A stretch of 64,000 bases of DNA from Eledone cirrhosa (taxonomy: Eukaryota): contig OZ024743.1 in assembly GCA_964016885.1 (NCBI GenBank), forward strand, positions 87,730,001 to 87,794,000. The letters run 5' to 3'. The notes below the pieces were generated by a model. It was not told the origin of the DNA. It did no database searches and worked only from the letters and a program-made list of their open reading frames with translations. Numbering within the stretch: the first letter of the stretch is position 1; the number at the start of each line of letters is the position of its first letter. This document shows, in pieces, positions 1 to 12,876 of the stretch. Position numbers and translations under genes: made by a program.

Positions 1-21
1 CTAAATAGGTCCTCAGTAATA

Positions 22-138
22 TTATTCTGATGAAATGACAGTAAATAATAACATTGAAATATTGAATGTCTGCATAACTAAAAGTTTGTAGATAGCTGTT
101 TTAGGTTATGTAACTGTTATAGAAACACGTGTCAATAA
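22..138 (+). ncRNA. Type I hammerhead ribozyme in the 5' pLTR, with expanded stem II
   Basis: Stem I TTATT(22-26)/AATAA(134-138); CTGATGA 27-33; stem II ATGACAGT/ACTGTTAT around a 70-nt insert; GAAA 122-125; palindromic CACGTG; predicted cleavage after TC at 133. Confidence 0.8.
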
Positions 139-342
139 ATTCCTTTCAACTAAACTGTATCCATTCAAATCTTTCTATTTTTCTCCGGATTACTTTTGGA
201 ACTACAACTGGAACCGTCGAGCAAACTCTACGTGAGCTGATAATCTACTGTGTGTAATATTTATATTACAACACAACGGAAAATACTGTATATTTACCTC
301 CTGTAAAGTCGAGCAACCCACACAGCAAACGCAACCACAACA

Positions 343-2664
343 ATGGAAAAACACTACCTGGATATGTCACTCAAAAACATACCAACCCAAGGTAGAAAGG
401 AATATTTATTGAGCATGATTCAAAAAACTAATGAATTCATTCGACGTGTCAGGTGGAAAACGCTCCACTATGATAGAAGCCGTATGAACTCAACATTAGA
501 AAGTGGTGTAAACAACAAATTCGGTTTTAGGACTTGTAAAAACCCACCCACCAACCCACTATTAGATGCATTTGAGCAGGACCTTATGAACTTAATCCTT
601 AAAATTAAATTCAAAGGACGCAACACCAACAGCAAATTACAGAATGATATAAAAAAACTACTGGACGACCTTAAAAACACCAAAGGAATTGTAGTAAAAG
701 CGGACAAAACATCAAACCTGTACACTATGGATTGCACTACATACAACAACTTCATTCGAAAAGAATTACATAAAAAATATAGAAAAACGAGTGAAGTAAC
801 CCTTAAGCACATCAATGATGAGGCATGCGAAATAGTGAAAAATCTCGGAATCGAAGATAGGACAGGACCACTCTTACCGGCGGTACCCACCTTCAATCTT
901 AAGGACCACAAGGTAAACTTTGATAATGACCCTAAAATAAGATTAATCTGCCCCTCTAAATCAGATATAGGTAAAATAAGCAAATATATCTTAGATAGAA
1001 TCATCCCCCAAATTAAGGCTAAGGTTAACATTAAACTCTGGGGGAAGACCCAAGAAGCAATAAGATGGTTTAATAGCATTAGCAATAAGAATAAATCTAA
1101 GTTTATCCAGTTTGATATCGATGAATATTACTCATCGATATCACCTGAAACTTTGAATAGAGCCATTAAGTTTGCTAAGGATAACTCTGACCTTACAAAC
1201 GATGAAATTAAGATTATATTAGAAGCTAGGAAAACTATAGTCAAATTTGAGAACAGTTATTGGGTACGTAAAGATAGACCCTCTAACTTTGACATAACAA
1301 TGGGCTCTAACGATTCGGCGGAAATAACTGATATTGTGGGGTTATTTATCGCCTTTAGACTCCAGGAAAAATTCAGCAATCTCCACGGCGGAATATACCG
1401 CGACGATGTTCTCCTCCTAGCTAAAAACCTTAATAACCAAAAACTAGAAAAACTACGCAAAGATATAAGAAAACTACTACTCGAAATAGGACTAACTATA
1501 ACATATGAATACAACCTTAAAGTAGTTAACTTCCTGGATGTCACACTCAATTTAAACTCTGGTTTGATTAAACCGTTTCATAAATTGAATGAAAATCTCA
1601 AATACGTAAATGTTGGGTCTAACCACCCCATCTCTATAATTAAATCTATCCCTAAAAATATTTCCCTTAGAATCTCGGGTCTATCTTCTAACATACAAGT
1701 ATTTAAGGAACACGCCGAGTACTACGATAACGCCCTTAGTAAAGCAGGCTACCTCAACAAAATAGAGTACATAGATGGGAACAATCAAAACACCCAAAAT
1801 AAATCCCACATAGGTAGATATAATAACACAACACCAAACCACACTTACTACCATAGTATGCACACCAGTAAACCAACAAACAAAACTAATAGAAAGCGAT
1901 GCAAAGAGTACTTATGGTATAACCCCGAATACAATAGCTCCATTAGTACAAATTTACCAGTACTCTTCTTTAAAATAATTAAAAGACATTTTCCCACATC
2001 ACACAAATACCACAAAATCCTAAACCCTACCACTATAAGACTGTCATACTCTACAGCGTTAAACCTTGAACAACACATAAAAAAGATCAATACTAGAAGG
2101 TTAAACGAAAACACTAAGAACTTAAGTACAAAGAACCCCCAAAAAACAGTAGACAATACACTACAGAACATAAATAAACCACACCTAAGTTCGTCCGCAA
2201 TACTACTCCAGAGAAAACCCAACGTACACAACTGTAACTGCACCTATCCTGACAACTGCCCCCTCGGCAATAACTGCCTGGAAAAAAATATTATTTATAA
2301 GTGTACCATTAAATCCGGAGGCAACGAGTGGTATTACGTGGGATCAACGGCAACATCGTTTAAATCTCGATTGTATAGGCATTCTTACTCAATAAAACAC
2401 CAGAGCCAAAGAAATGTAACAACTTTAGCAGAAAAAGCTTGGACGCTCAGGGATAGCAATCAAAAGTTTACCCTAAAATGGGAAAAATTAGCTAAAACCC
2501 AAAGCTTTTCCAGGAGCCAAAATTTCTGCAAATTGTGTAATCTTGAGATTTATTACATAATCACACACAAGAAGAAACTGCTGAATAACAGAATTGAACG
2601 AACATTATTCTGCCGTCACAGAACTAAAACCCTTTTTTCCCACTACAAGCAGAATATTACATAA
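343..2664 (+). CDS. PLE polyprotein: reverse transcriptase + C-terminal GIY-YIG endonuclease (773 aa)
   Basis: RT motifs VKADKT, RLICP, FDIDEYYSSI, ITMGS, IYRDD and NFLDV. Endonuclease region CNCx5CPLxxxC-IIYKC...YYVGST...R, then CKLC..E and CRH. The CxCx5C linker and (TA)n context fit the Hydra-type PLE clade as I recall it; the clade was not tested. Confidence 0.93.
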   Translation: MEKHYLDMSLKNIPTQGRKEYLLSMIQKTNEFIRRVRWKTLHYDRSRMNSTLESGVNNKFGFRTCKNPPTNPLLDAFEQDLMNLILKIKFKGRNTNSKLQNDIKKLLDDLKNTKGIVVKADKTSNLYTMDCTTYNNFIRKELHKKYRKTSEVTLKHINDEACEIVKNLGIEDRTGPLLPAVPTFNLKDHKVNFDNDPKIRLICPSKSDIGKISKYILDRIIPQIKAKVNIKLWGKTQEAIRWFNSISNKNKSKFIQFDIDEYYSSISPETLNRAIKFAKDNSDLTNDEIKIILEARKTIVKFENSYWVRKDRPSNFDITMGSNDSAEITDIVGLFIAFRLQEKFSNLHGGIYRDDVLLLAKNLNNQKLEKLRKDIRKLLLEIGLTITYEYNLKVVNFLDVTLNLNSGLIKPFHKLNENLKYVNVGSNHPISIIKSIPKNISLRISGLSSNIQVFKEHAEYYDNALSKAGYLNKIEYIDGNNQNTQNKSHIGRYNNTTPNHTYYHSMHTSKPTNKTNRKRCKEYLWYNPEYNSSISTNLPVLFFKIIKRHFPTSHKYHKILNPTTIRLSYSTALNLEQHIKKINTRRLNENTKNLSTKNPQKTVDNTLQNINKPHLSSSAILLQRKPNVHNCNCTYPDNCPLGNNCLEKNIIYKCTIKSGGNEWYYVGSTATSFKSRLYRHSYSIKHQSQRNVTTLAEKAWTLRDSNQKFTLKWEKLAKTQSFSRSQNFCKLCNLEIYYIITHKKKLLNNRIERTLFCRHRTKTLFSHYKQNIT

Positions 2665-2932
2665 AAGAGGGACATCCCCCAACTATATAAACCTTAATCT
2701 AGTTAGAAAAATATAAAAACAATCTCTTCTCAACATATATTAATAACCTTAAATTACCATACTAATAATGAAAAGATATGCTGATGAGAATAGGTACAAA
2801 TATGCGATAATGAATGTGTCTAAAAACGTCCATAAGTATGTATATATATGTGAAAATGTATATAAATAAGTAAATATATATATATGTTTGATGTGTATAG
2901 TTAAATGTAAGTGTATTCATGTATTAAAGTGC

Positions 2933-2966
<34 letters not shown>

Positions 2967-2989
2967 ATGTGTATATGTGTGTGTGTGGG

Positions 2990-3040
<51 letters not shown>

Positions 3041-3630
3041 GTGTGTATGTATATATATATATATATATGTGTATGTATGTATGTGTATGTGGATGTGTAT
3101 GTATGCGTATGTGTGTACACATGGACTAGAGTATGTATGTATATATGTGTGTGTCTATACGTGTGTATATATAAAGATAAGTTGAGTATGAAAATGTATA
3201 CACATGAGCGCGTATGTATGTACATGAATACATGTGTGTATATATATGTGTATGCATGTGTATATATATGTAAGTATGAATATGTGAATTGTGAGTATAT
3301 GTATTTTGTAGAGGTGTGCAAATATATTTGTGTGAATGCGTGGGTGAAAGAATACGTACACTTGAAAGAAAAATTTAAGTCTGAATGTTAAGTGTAAACA
3401 CAAAACCAACCACGCATATCTTTACTATCTCTAATCCTTCTATAGATTTAGAAAAATAACCAATAATATATTCCATAAAAAATGTCAAAACAACAGATGG
3501 GAATCTAATTACTCACTGCCACCAAGAATTCTCACTGCTATCGAAAAACCACTCCTTCAACTATTCTTCTAACAACTTCACCCCTCCCTCCTAATATTCT
3601 CTATAAAAACTAAATAGGTCCTCAGTAATA

Positions 3631-3747
3631 TTATTCTGATGAAATGACAGTAAATAATAACATTGAAATATTGAATGTCTGCATAACTAAAAGTTTGTAG
3701 ATAGCTGTTTTAGGTTATGTAACTGTTATAGAAACACGTGTCAATAA
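3631..3747 (+). ncRNA. Type I hammerhead ribozyme in the 3' pLTR (identical copy)
   Basis: Identical to 22-138 at offset 3609. Confidence 0.8.
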
Positions 3748-3781
3748 ATTCCTTTCAACTAAACTGTATCCATTCAAATCT

Positions 3782-3821
<40 letters not shown>

Positions 3822-3862
3822 CGTTTCTGAATTTGTTTAGCAAAGTATAACAATATATATAT

Positions 3863-5622
3863 ATATTTATTAAAATAACAGATTAAAGTTTAAGCAAAGA
3901 ATCGCTGCTTTCACCCTTAACGGGATCTTCTGATACTAACAAAGTCAATCTGTAAACGCAGAAATGGATATTTCAAAAAACTTTGCAACCGGAGGAAGAC
4001 AGGAAGACGATACTTTGGTTCGTGGAAACGTTCCCTGGCAAAGAACGGGAAAAAACGAATATAATACGTCATTAATAGGAGCGGTGAAAAACAATTACAC
4101 GCAAAGACAGGACCACGTTTATGGTATAAAAGAAGTTGTAGACTAATGTTCTCTTAGGTGGTTCATAGAGACGTTCTCTGGCAAAGAACGGAAAAAAACG
4201 AAGATTATACGTCATATGTGGTGCGTGGAGAACAATTGCACGCAAAGACAAAACCACGTAAATTGTATGGCTGAAGTCGTAGACTAAAATTCTAACTAGG
4301 AAACCGAATGATTCTCCGCTTCAGAGTTAAGAATAAAGTAAATAAAATACAATACAGAGGTAATTGAAATGAAATAAATACATACACGCGTCCAGATACG
4401 TATTTACATAAGCATACGCGAAAACACTCGCCATAGGTGTACAAAACCACGCACATATAAATATGTGTGTGTGTGTGTGTATACAAATAAATAAATAATT
4501 AAATAAACGTATATAAATAAATAAATATGTATATAACAAGCGCACACACACATACCTACATGTAAATACACAAATGTTCGGAGACTACGTCAACCAAAAC
4601 ATGAAGTACACATATACATACACCCAACATACGTACGAACCCGCATACTCACACAGACGCAAAACTCCCGTATACACATAACCAAAAGCATATGTACCAG
4701 AATATATAAAAATATACGCCATAACATATACAATCAAATATACGTACGAGAAAGTATACGTACCTTCACAAAACATACAGGTAATATAAACTCACCTATG
4801 CAAATAAGTAATGGTATAAACATAACATATACTTAGCTACCACATCAAGACGTAAAATATCTACGTATAGATCGTACTATCCGTTAGGGTATAATGTGGG
4901 GCTGTAATACAGGAAAGTTTTGTGCAATTAATGTTTACAAGCCGAAATTGCCTCAGATTTTTTGTTTAAGATGTGGTCTGTGGCGTAGAGTATTTCCAGG
5001 GCCTCAGCGGCGCAGAGGTCACATGGTCTTTTATTTCCGTTATACGATCTAGCCCTAGCTAGGATCTCCCAGTGTAACTTATATTGGGTGTGGTTGTCTT
5101 TTAGACTCCAGATATAAGCTGAAAGTGACGTCATATTCCTTCTTAGAGGGTAACGAAAAGAATAGGTATGCATGTAAAGGCGCTGCTTGAATCTATTGGC
5201 GGTTAACCCTATGTAGGCCCTACGGGACGTGGGCGTTTCAACCTAACATTTGTAGACAATGTTACTAGAGAGGCATTTCCCGGAAACGTGGTCCTGTCTG
5301 CGTGTAATTGTTTTTCTCCGCTCCTATTAATGACGTATTATATTCGTTTTTTCCCATTCTTTGCCAGGGAACGTTTCCACGAACCAAAGTATCGTCTTCC
5401 TGTCTTCCTCCGGTTGCAACGTTTTTTTAAATATCCACTTCTGCGTTTACAGATTGACTTTGTTAGTATCAGAAGATCCCGTTAAGGGTGAAAGCAGCGA
5501 TTCTTTGCTTAAACTTTAATCTGTTATTTTAATAAATATTTGCTCTACGGTTCTTATATATTTGATATATATTTATCCTTATCGAGCCCTCTTTGGATTT
5601 TAGTCTTCAAATTTATTATTAT

Positions 5623-5626
<4 letters not shown>
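3863..5626 (-). mobile_element. 5'-truncated PLE with inverted upstream pLTR
   Basis: 3863-4120 is the reverse complement of 5284-5538. A GIY-YIG remnant lies between them, both ends have (TA)n, and there is an HHR-like core CAGAAGA-tCCC..GGGt-GAAA at 5470-5493. Confidence 0.85.
4928..5283 (-). pseudogene. PLE GIY-YIG endonuclease remnant
   Basis: GKCLSSNIVYKC*VE...AYIGLT..RFKQR...CDLCAAE...NKKSE...CKH. It is homologous to the C-terminus of the 343-2664 ORF and has an in-frame stop. Confidence 0.85.
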
Positions 5627-5709
<83 letters not shown>

Positions 5710-5765
5710 ATATAAAACATGATTATATATATATAATCATTTTATTAAGGCTAAATAGTGAGTCT

Positions 5766-5798
5766 TGTTACTCTGGAGTTTCGCCTGCTCATCATACA
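5766..5798 (-). ncRNA. Degenerate minimal hammerhead in a tiny insert between (TA)n tracts
   Basis: Minus strand reads TGT-ATGATGA-GCAGGC-GAAA-CTCCAGAG-TA-ACA with AATAAA downstream. Core C3 is replaced by A. Confidence 0.45.
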
Positions 5799-5835
<37 letters not shown>

Positions 5836-5876
5836 CGAAACATAAGTCAATTGCATGAACTCATAATCCTTTATTT

Positions 5877-5932
5877 ACTGCTATATATATTTCGATGATA
5901 GCCATTGAGTGGCTATGACCTCATCAGGCAGT
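5877..5932 (-). ncRNA. Type I hammerhead ribozyme in a ~160-bp insert between (TA)n tracts
   Basis: Minus strand reads ACTGC-CTGATGA-GGTcATAGCCA-ctcaa-TGGCTATcATC-GAAA-TATATA-TA-GCAGT, with all three stems paired. Confidence 0.85.
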
Positions 5933-6050
5933 TAGTCAGTTCTTAGATATGCCAGCTCTGTGTTTATAGTGTTGATGGTATCAGAGCTTTGGTATATATA
6001 TATATATATATATAGTTTAAAATGACAAACAAACCAACAAACGCAGGAGT

Positions 6051-6395
6051 CCCCTCGTTATCGAGTATGGCCGTTGCACGATTATTAATAATTATCAATT
6101 AATGCTATCGTGCAATACCTGTGTGTGAAGATTTTTTTAAAGTGAGGAAAGACTGTGCACTGAGCCAATCCCACTCTCTGGGTAACAGTAGCTACAACCC
6201 GAAAAGAAGAAAAGATCAACATCATCGGTAACTACTGAGCCGCAGGTTTTATATCGGAGTTAACCCAGTTTCCTGAGTTGCCTTCTCCTAGAAGAATGCC
6301 CTGACAAAGGCTAGGGGTCCTTCACTCCCAGGGGTTTAACTGCGCGATCGGGTATTTCTATGTCGCCGTGCATATATACACATATGCATACATGT
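6051..6395 (-). mobile_element. Partial copy of the microsatellite-associated non-autonomous retroelement (family of 13807-14333 and 59179-59770)
   Basis: Reverse complement matches 14025-14325 and 59470-59765. Confidence 0.8.
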
Positions 6396-6697
6396 ATATA
6401 GATATATGCGCATACACATTCGAACAGATTTGTTCCAGCTCTTCACGTGTTCGAATACTGCCCAGGTCAACTTCGTGTATCATCGTTCCGGAATCGATAA
6501 AATAAAGTACCTCATACATAAACATATACACATACATACACAGACACACCAAACTATATAAAGGTATATATATATATAATGATATATATAAAGAGTGAGA
6601 GATTGAATATATACATATATACACATATGTGGTTGTAGAGATGCGAGCTTGTTAGCCAACCAACTACACCACTGCCTACCAGTCTGTTATTATTAGA

Positions 6698-7400
6698 TAA
6701 TTGTTTCTACTTTTGGCACAAGGCCAGCAAATTGCCCAGTGCATTACTGGTACTTTATTTTATCGACCCCCGTAAGGATAAAAGGCAAAGTTAACCTCTG
6801 CGGGATTTGAACTCAGATCATAAAGGGCCGTTATTCTATGCTGCCAATCCACCGTTATTATTATGGTGGATTGGCAGTATCGGTAGAGGGTCGGACGCCA
6901 TGCTTTCCAGCATAGTTACGTCCCTTTACGATCTGAGTTCATATCCCGCCGAGGTTGACTTTGCCTTTCATCCTTACGGGGTCGATAAAATAAAGTACCA
7001 GTAATGCACTGGGTAATTGCTGGCCTTGTGCCTAAAGTAGAAACAATTATTATATTACGGCCCTTTCCATTCTGAGTTCAAATCCCGCCGAGGTTAACTT
7101 TGCCTTTCATCCTTACGGCGTCGATAAAATAAAGTACCAGTAATACACTGGCATAATTGCTGGCCTTGTGCCAAAAAGTAGAAACAATTATTAGATAATG
7201 GACCAGGCCTAAGGATTGGTGGAATCGGTAGAGCGTCGGGTTAAATCCTTTACGGCCTTTGTTTCAGCTCTTCGCGTGTTCGAATACTGCCTAGGTCAAC
7301 TTCGTCTATGAACGTTCCGGAATCGATAAAATAAAGTACCAGTGATGTGCTGGGGTAGGTTTAATCTTCCTTAAAATTGCTGACTAAATTAGAAACCATT
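6698..7400. mobile_element. Cluster of four tRNA-derived SINEs with a Meta-like core (one minus, three plus)
   Basis: Pol III A box TGGCAGTATCGG and B box GAGTTCAAATCC, followed by the core GAGGTTRACTTTGCCTTTCATCCTTACGGGGTCGATAAAATAAAGTACCAG. Copies at about 6698-6855(-), 6870-7050, 7058-7191 and 7215-7400. Confidence 0.85.
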
Positions 7401-7479
7401 ATTAGCTGTTCGATATTAATTAATGGTGATAATATTTAGTGGTATTTCAGTGGCAATCAAAAATAACAGTTATACCCCT

Positions 7480-7830
7480 TCCCTCCACTTTCTCTAGCTT
7501 TCCCGCTCTCTCTCTCTCTCTCTTTCTCTCTTTCCTTCTTTCTCTTTCCCTCTTTCACTCCTTCTTCCCTCTCTCTCTATTTCTCTCTCTCTATTTCTCT
7601 CTCTTTCTCGCCCCTCTCTCACTCTTTCTCTTCCTCTCTCTCTCTCTCTCTCTTTCTCTCCTCCTCTCTCTCTAAGTTTCTCGCTTCCTCCTCATTTCTC
7701 AATAACCCCATTTCCTATACGACTCCCTCTCTCTATTAGTCAATCCGCTGCGCCCCTTTCTCTCTCTCTCTCTCTCTCTCTCTCAATCTCTTTCTCACTC
7801 TCTCTTTCTCACTCACTCACTCTCTCCAGT
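7480..7830. repeat. (CT)n-rich simple repeat
   Basis: Directly visible. Confidence 0.9.
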
Positions 7831-8019
7831 TCCCAGACACAGTCCTTCCGCATCTCCCCCCCCCCCAATCCGCTCCCCCATTTCCCCCACTCCCCCCACT
7901 CCCCCACTCCACCACTCCCCCACTCCACCATCCCATCACTCCACCCACCAAACATAATCCCATGATGACACATTAAACTACATCTTCCAGCAGAAATACC
8001 AGAACTAAATTAGTATATA

Positions 8020-8480
8020 CTATAGCAACAACAACAACAACAACAACAATAACACAAACAACAACAACATAAACAACAACAACAATAACAATAATAACAA
8101 CATAAACAACAACAGCAACAACAACAGAAAGAACAACAACGATAGCAACAGTATCAACAACAAGAGCAAGCACATTAGCAACAGTAACAACAATAACAAC
8201 AACAACAACAACAACAGTAATAGCAGCATCTACAACAATAACAATAACAGCAACAACAACACAAACAAGAATAGCAACAACAATCACAGCAACAACAGCA
8301 ACAACAACAGCATCGACAACAACAACAGCAACAGTAACAAAAACAACAGCAAAATAACAACAGAAAGGACAGCAGTAGTAGTAACATCGACAACAACAAC
8401 AATAACAACAGCATCAACAACAGTTACAACAACAAACACGTGCTCTAATACAATCAATAGCAGCGCAAACAGCAACGATA
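8020..8480. repeat. (CAA)n-rich low-complexity tract
   Basis: Directly visible. Confidence 0.9.
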
Positions 8481-8489
8481 ATTGTCCGA

Positions 8490-11400
8490 CAAACACTACC
8501 ACCACCATCACCACCACCAACAACACTACCACCACCAACAACACTACCACCCCCAACAACACCACCACCATCACCACCACCAACAACACTACCACCCCCA
8601 ACAACACCACCACCATCACCACCACCAACAACACTACCACCACCATCACCACCACCACCATCACCACCCCCAACAACACTACCAACACCATCACCACCCC
8701 CAACAACACTACCACCATCACCCCCACCCCCATCACCACCCCCAACAACACCACCATCACCACCACCACCATTACCACCACCAACAACGACACCACCACC
8801 ATCACCACCCCCAACAACACTACCACCACTATCACCACCACCAACAACACTACCACCACCATCATCACCACCACCATCATCACCACCCCCAACAACACTA
8901 CCACCACCATCACCACCCCCAACAACACCTCCAACAACAACACCACGACAGCGGCCATTACTTACACCACCAACACCACCAACACAACCACATACCTTCC
9001 CAACACCACCAACACCACCAACACCACCACATACCTTCCCAACACCACCAACACCACCTCATACCTTCCCAACACCACCAACACCACCAACACCACCTCA
9101 TACCTTCCCAATACCACCAACACAACCACATACCTTCCCAACACCACCAACACCACCAACACCATCACATACCTTCCCAACACCACCAATACCACCAACA
9201 CAACCACATACCTTCCCAACACCACCAACACCACCAACACCATCACATACCTTCCCAACACCACCAACACCACCAACACCACCTCATACCTTCCCAACAC
9301 CACCAACACCACCACATACCTTCCCCATACCACCAACACCACCACATACCTTCCCAACACCACCAACACCACCTCATACCTTCCCCATACCACCAACACC
9401 ACCAACACCACCACATACCTTCCCAACACCACCAACACCACCAACACCACCACATACCTTCCCAACACCACCAACACCACCTCATACCTTCCCCATACCA
9501 CCAACACCACCAACACCACCACATACCTTCCCCATACCACCAACACCACCAACACCACCACATACCTTCCCAACACCACCAACACCACCTCATACCTTCC
9601 CCATACCACCAACACCACCAACACCACCACATACCTTCCCCATACCACCAACACCACCAACACCACCACATACCTTCCCAATACCACCAACACCACCACA
9701 TACCTTCCCCATACCACCAACACCACCAACACCACCACATACCTTCCCCATACCACCAACACCACCAACACCACCTCATACCTTCCCAACACCACCAACA
9801 CCACCACATACCTTCCCCATACCACCAACACCACCAACACCACCACATACCTTCCCCATACCACCAACACCACCAACACCACCACATACCTTCCCAACAC
9901 CACCAACACCACCACATACCTTCCCCATACCACCAACACCACCAACACCACCACATACCTTCCCCATACCACCAACACCACCAACACCACCACATACCTT
10001 CCCAACACCACCAACACCACCACATACCTTCCCAACACCACCAACACCACCTCATACCTTCCCAATACCACCAACACCACCACATACCTTCCCAATACCA
10101 CCAACACCACCACATACCTTCCCAATACCACCAACACCACCAACACCACCAAATACCTTCCCCATACCACCAACACCACCAACACCACCACATACCTTCC
10201 CAATACCACCAACACCACCAACACCACCACATACCTTCCCAACACCACCAACACCACCTCATACCTTCCCAACACCACCAACACCACCAACACAACCACA
10301 TACCTTCCCAACACCACCAACACCACCAACACAACCACATACCTTCCCAACACCACCAACACCACCACAGCCACCACATACCTTCCACATACCACCAACA
10401 CCACCAACACCACCACATACCTTCCCAACACCACCAACACCACCACATACCTTCCCAACACCACCAACACCACCTCATACCTTCCCAATACCACCAACAC
10501 CACCACATACCTTCCCAATACCACCAACACCACCACATACCTTCCCAATACCACCAACACCACCAACACCACCAAATACCTTCCCCATACCACCAACACC
10601 ACCAACACCACCACATACCTTCCCAATACCACCAACACCACCAACACCACCACATACCTTCCCAACACCACCAACACCACCTCATACCTTCCCAACACCA
10701 CCAACACCACCAACACAACCACATACCTTCCCAACACCACCAACACCACCAACACAACCACATACCTTCCCAACACCACCAACACCACCACAGCCACCAC
10801 ATACCTTCCACATACCACCAACACCACCAACACCACCACATACCTTCCCAACACCACCAACACCACCACATACCTTCCCAACACCACCAACACCACCTCA
10901 TACCTTCCCAATACCACCAACACCACCACATACCTTCCCAATACCACCAACACCACCACATACCTTCCCAATACCACCAACACCACCAACACCACCAAAT
11001 ACCTTCCCCATACCACCAACACCACCAACACCACCACATACCTTCCCAATACCACCAACACCACCAACACCACCACATACCTTCCCAACACCACCAACAC
11101 CACCTCATACCTTCCCAACACCACCAACACCACCAACACAACCACATACCTTCCCAACACCACCAACACCACCAACACAACCACATACCTTCCCAACACC
11201 ACCAACACCACCACAGCCACCACATACCTTCCCAATACCACCACATACCTTCCCAACACCACCAACACCACCAACACCACCTCATACCTTCCCAACACCA
11301 CCAACACCACCTCATACCTTCCCAACACCACCAACACCACCAACACAACCACATACCTTCCCAACACCACCAACACCACCACATACCTTCCCAACACCAC

Positions 11401-12367
11401 CAACACCACCAACACCACCAACACCACCTCATACCTTCCCAACACCACCAACACCACCAACACCACCTCATACCTTCCCAACACCACCAACACCACCACA
11501 TACCTTCCCAATACCACCAACACCACCTCATACCTTCCCAACACCACCAACACCACCTCATACCTTCCCAACACCACCAACACCACCAACACCACCTCAT
11601 ACCTTCCCAACACCACCAACACCACCACATACCTTCCCAATACCACCAACACCACCTCATACCTTCCCAACACCACCAACACCACCAACACCACCTCATA
11701 CCTTCCCAATACCACCAACACCACCACAGACCTTCCCAACACCACCACAGACCTTCCCAACACCACCAACACCACCAACACCACCTCATACCTTCCCAAT
11801 ACCACCAACACCACCTCATACCTTCCCAACACCACCAACACCACCTCATACCTTCCCAACACCACCAACACCACCAACACCACCACATACCTTCCCAATA
11901 TCACCAACACCACCAACACCACCACATACCTTCCCAATACCACCAACACCACCACAGCCACCACATACCTTCCCAACACCACCAACACCACCAACACCAC
12001 CACATACCTTCCCCATACCACCAACACCACCAACACCACCAACACCACCAACACCACCTCATACCTTCCCAATACCACCAACAAGACCACCAACACCACC
12101 ACATACCTTCCCAACACCACCAACACCACCAACACCACCACATACCTTCCCCATACCACCAACACCACCAACACCACCAATACCACCAACACCACCTCAT
12201 ACCTTCCCAACACCACCAACACCACCAACACCACCACATACCTTCCCCATACCACCAACACCACCATAGCCACCTCATACCTTCCCCATACCACCAACAC
12301 CACCAACACCACCAACACCACCACATACCTTCCCAATACCACCAACACCACCATAGCCACCACCTCA
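8490..12367. repeat. CAC/CAA-based minisatellite (27-36-bp units built on CATACCTTCCCAACACCACCAACACCAC)
   Basis: Directly visible; it generates the long His-rich, Val-rich and Trp-rich ORFs. Confidence 0.95.
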
Positions 12368-12443
12368 TAACTTTCAGTATACTATTTGCCTCGATTTGAT
12401 ATATATAACTATGTAGTATATGGTCAGTTTTTCCGCCCATAGA

Positions 12444-12724
12444 CAGGGTTGGATTTAGACCTAGGGGGTCCAGGGGCACTTCAGTTTGGGGATGGACCCC
12501 TCATGCACAAACCATTAGAATACACAGCACCCCGCCCATTTTACATATCAACGTTAGCTTGGCTAAAGTAATTGGAATTGAAATTGGTATTAAATTCAAA
12601 AATTATAACCATCCTAAAACTAAAAAGCCCAGCTGAGAATACAAATAAATTGCTACAGCTGTCGCTGGACCGCCACCCCATTAAATCCAGTACCCCCTTT
12701 ACACCCCCATTAAATCCAGCCCTA
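12444..12724. mobile_element. hAT-type MITE
   Basis: TIRs CAGGGTTGGATTTA / TAAATCCAGCCCTA; degenerate 8-bp flanks CCCATAGA/GACATAGG; related copy at 27614-27917. Confidence 0.7.
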
Positions 12725-12840
12725 GACATAGGGTTATTTTACCAGATTTTCTAAGCTATTATAAATACCAATCGACTGTAGTTACAGTTATTTTCAAAGA
12801 ATTTCAAAACTACCCAACGCTCCGATAGTTTATATAGAAT

Positions 12841-12876
<36 letters not shown>

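Larger units (their letters stand above)
1..3787 (+). mobile_element. Penelope-like retroelement (PLE), apparently intact, with direct pseudo-LTRs; 5' pLTR cut by the window edge
   Basis: 1-178 is repeated exactly at 3610-3787. A single RT+GIY-YIG ORF lies between the repeats, each repeat carries an HHR, and the 3' end abuts (TA)n at 3788. Confidence 0.93.

Noticed and set aside
468-2243. Minus-strand ORFs over the PLE ORF, and similar shadow ORFs over the LINE ORFs
   Set aside because: Antisense shadows of real coding sequence with no motifs of their own.
6870-6950. tRNA gene suggested by A and B boxes
   Set aside because: It is the tRNA-derived head of a multi-copy SINE and forms no complete cloverleaf.
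8482-12399. 1305-aa His/Gln-rich ORF and the antisense Val- and Trp-rich ORFs
   Set aside because: They come from a stop-free triplet-based minisatellite open on both strands, with a non-ATG start and no unique domain.
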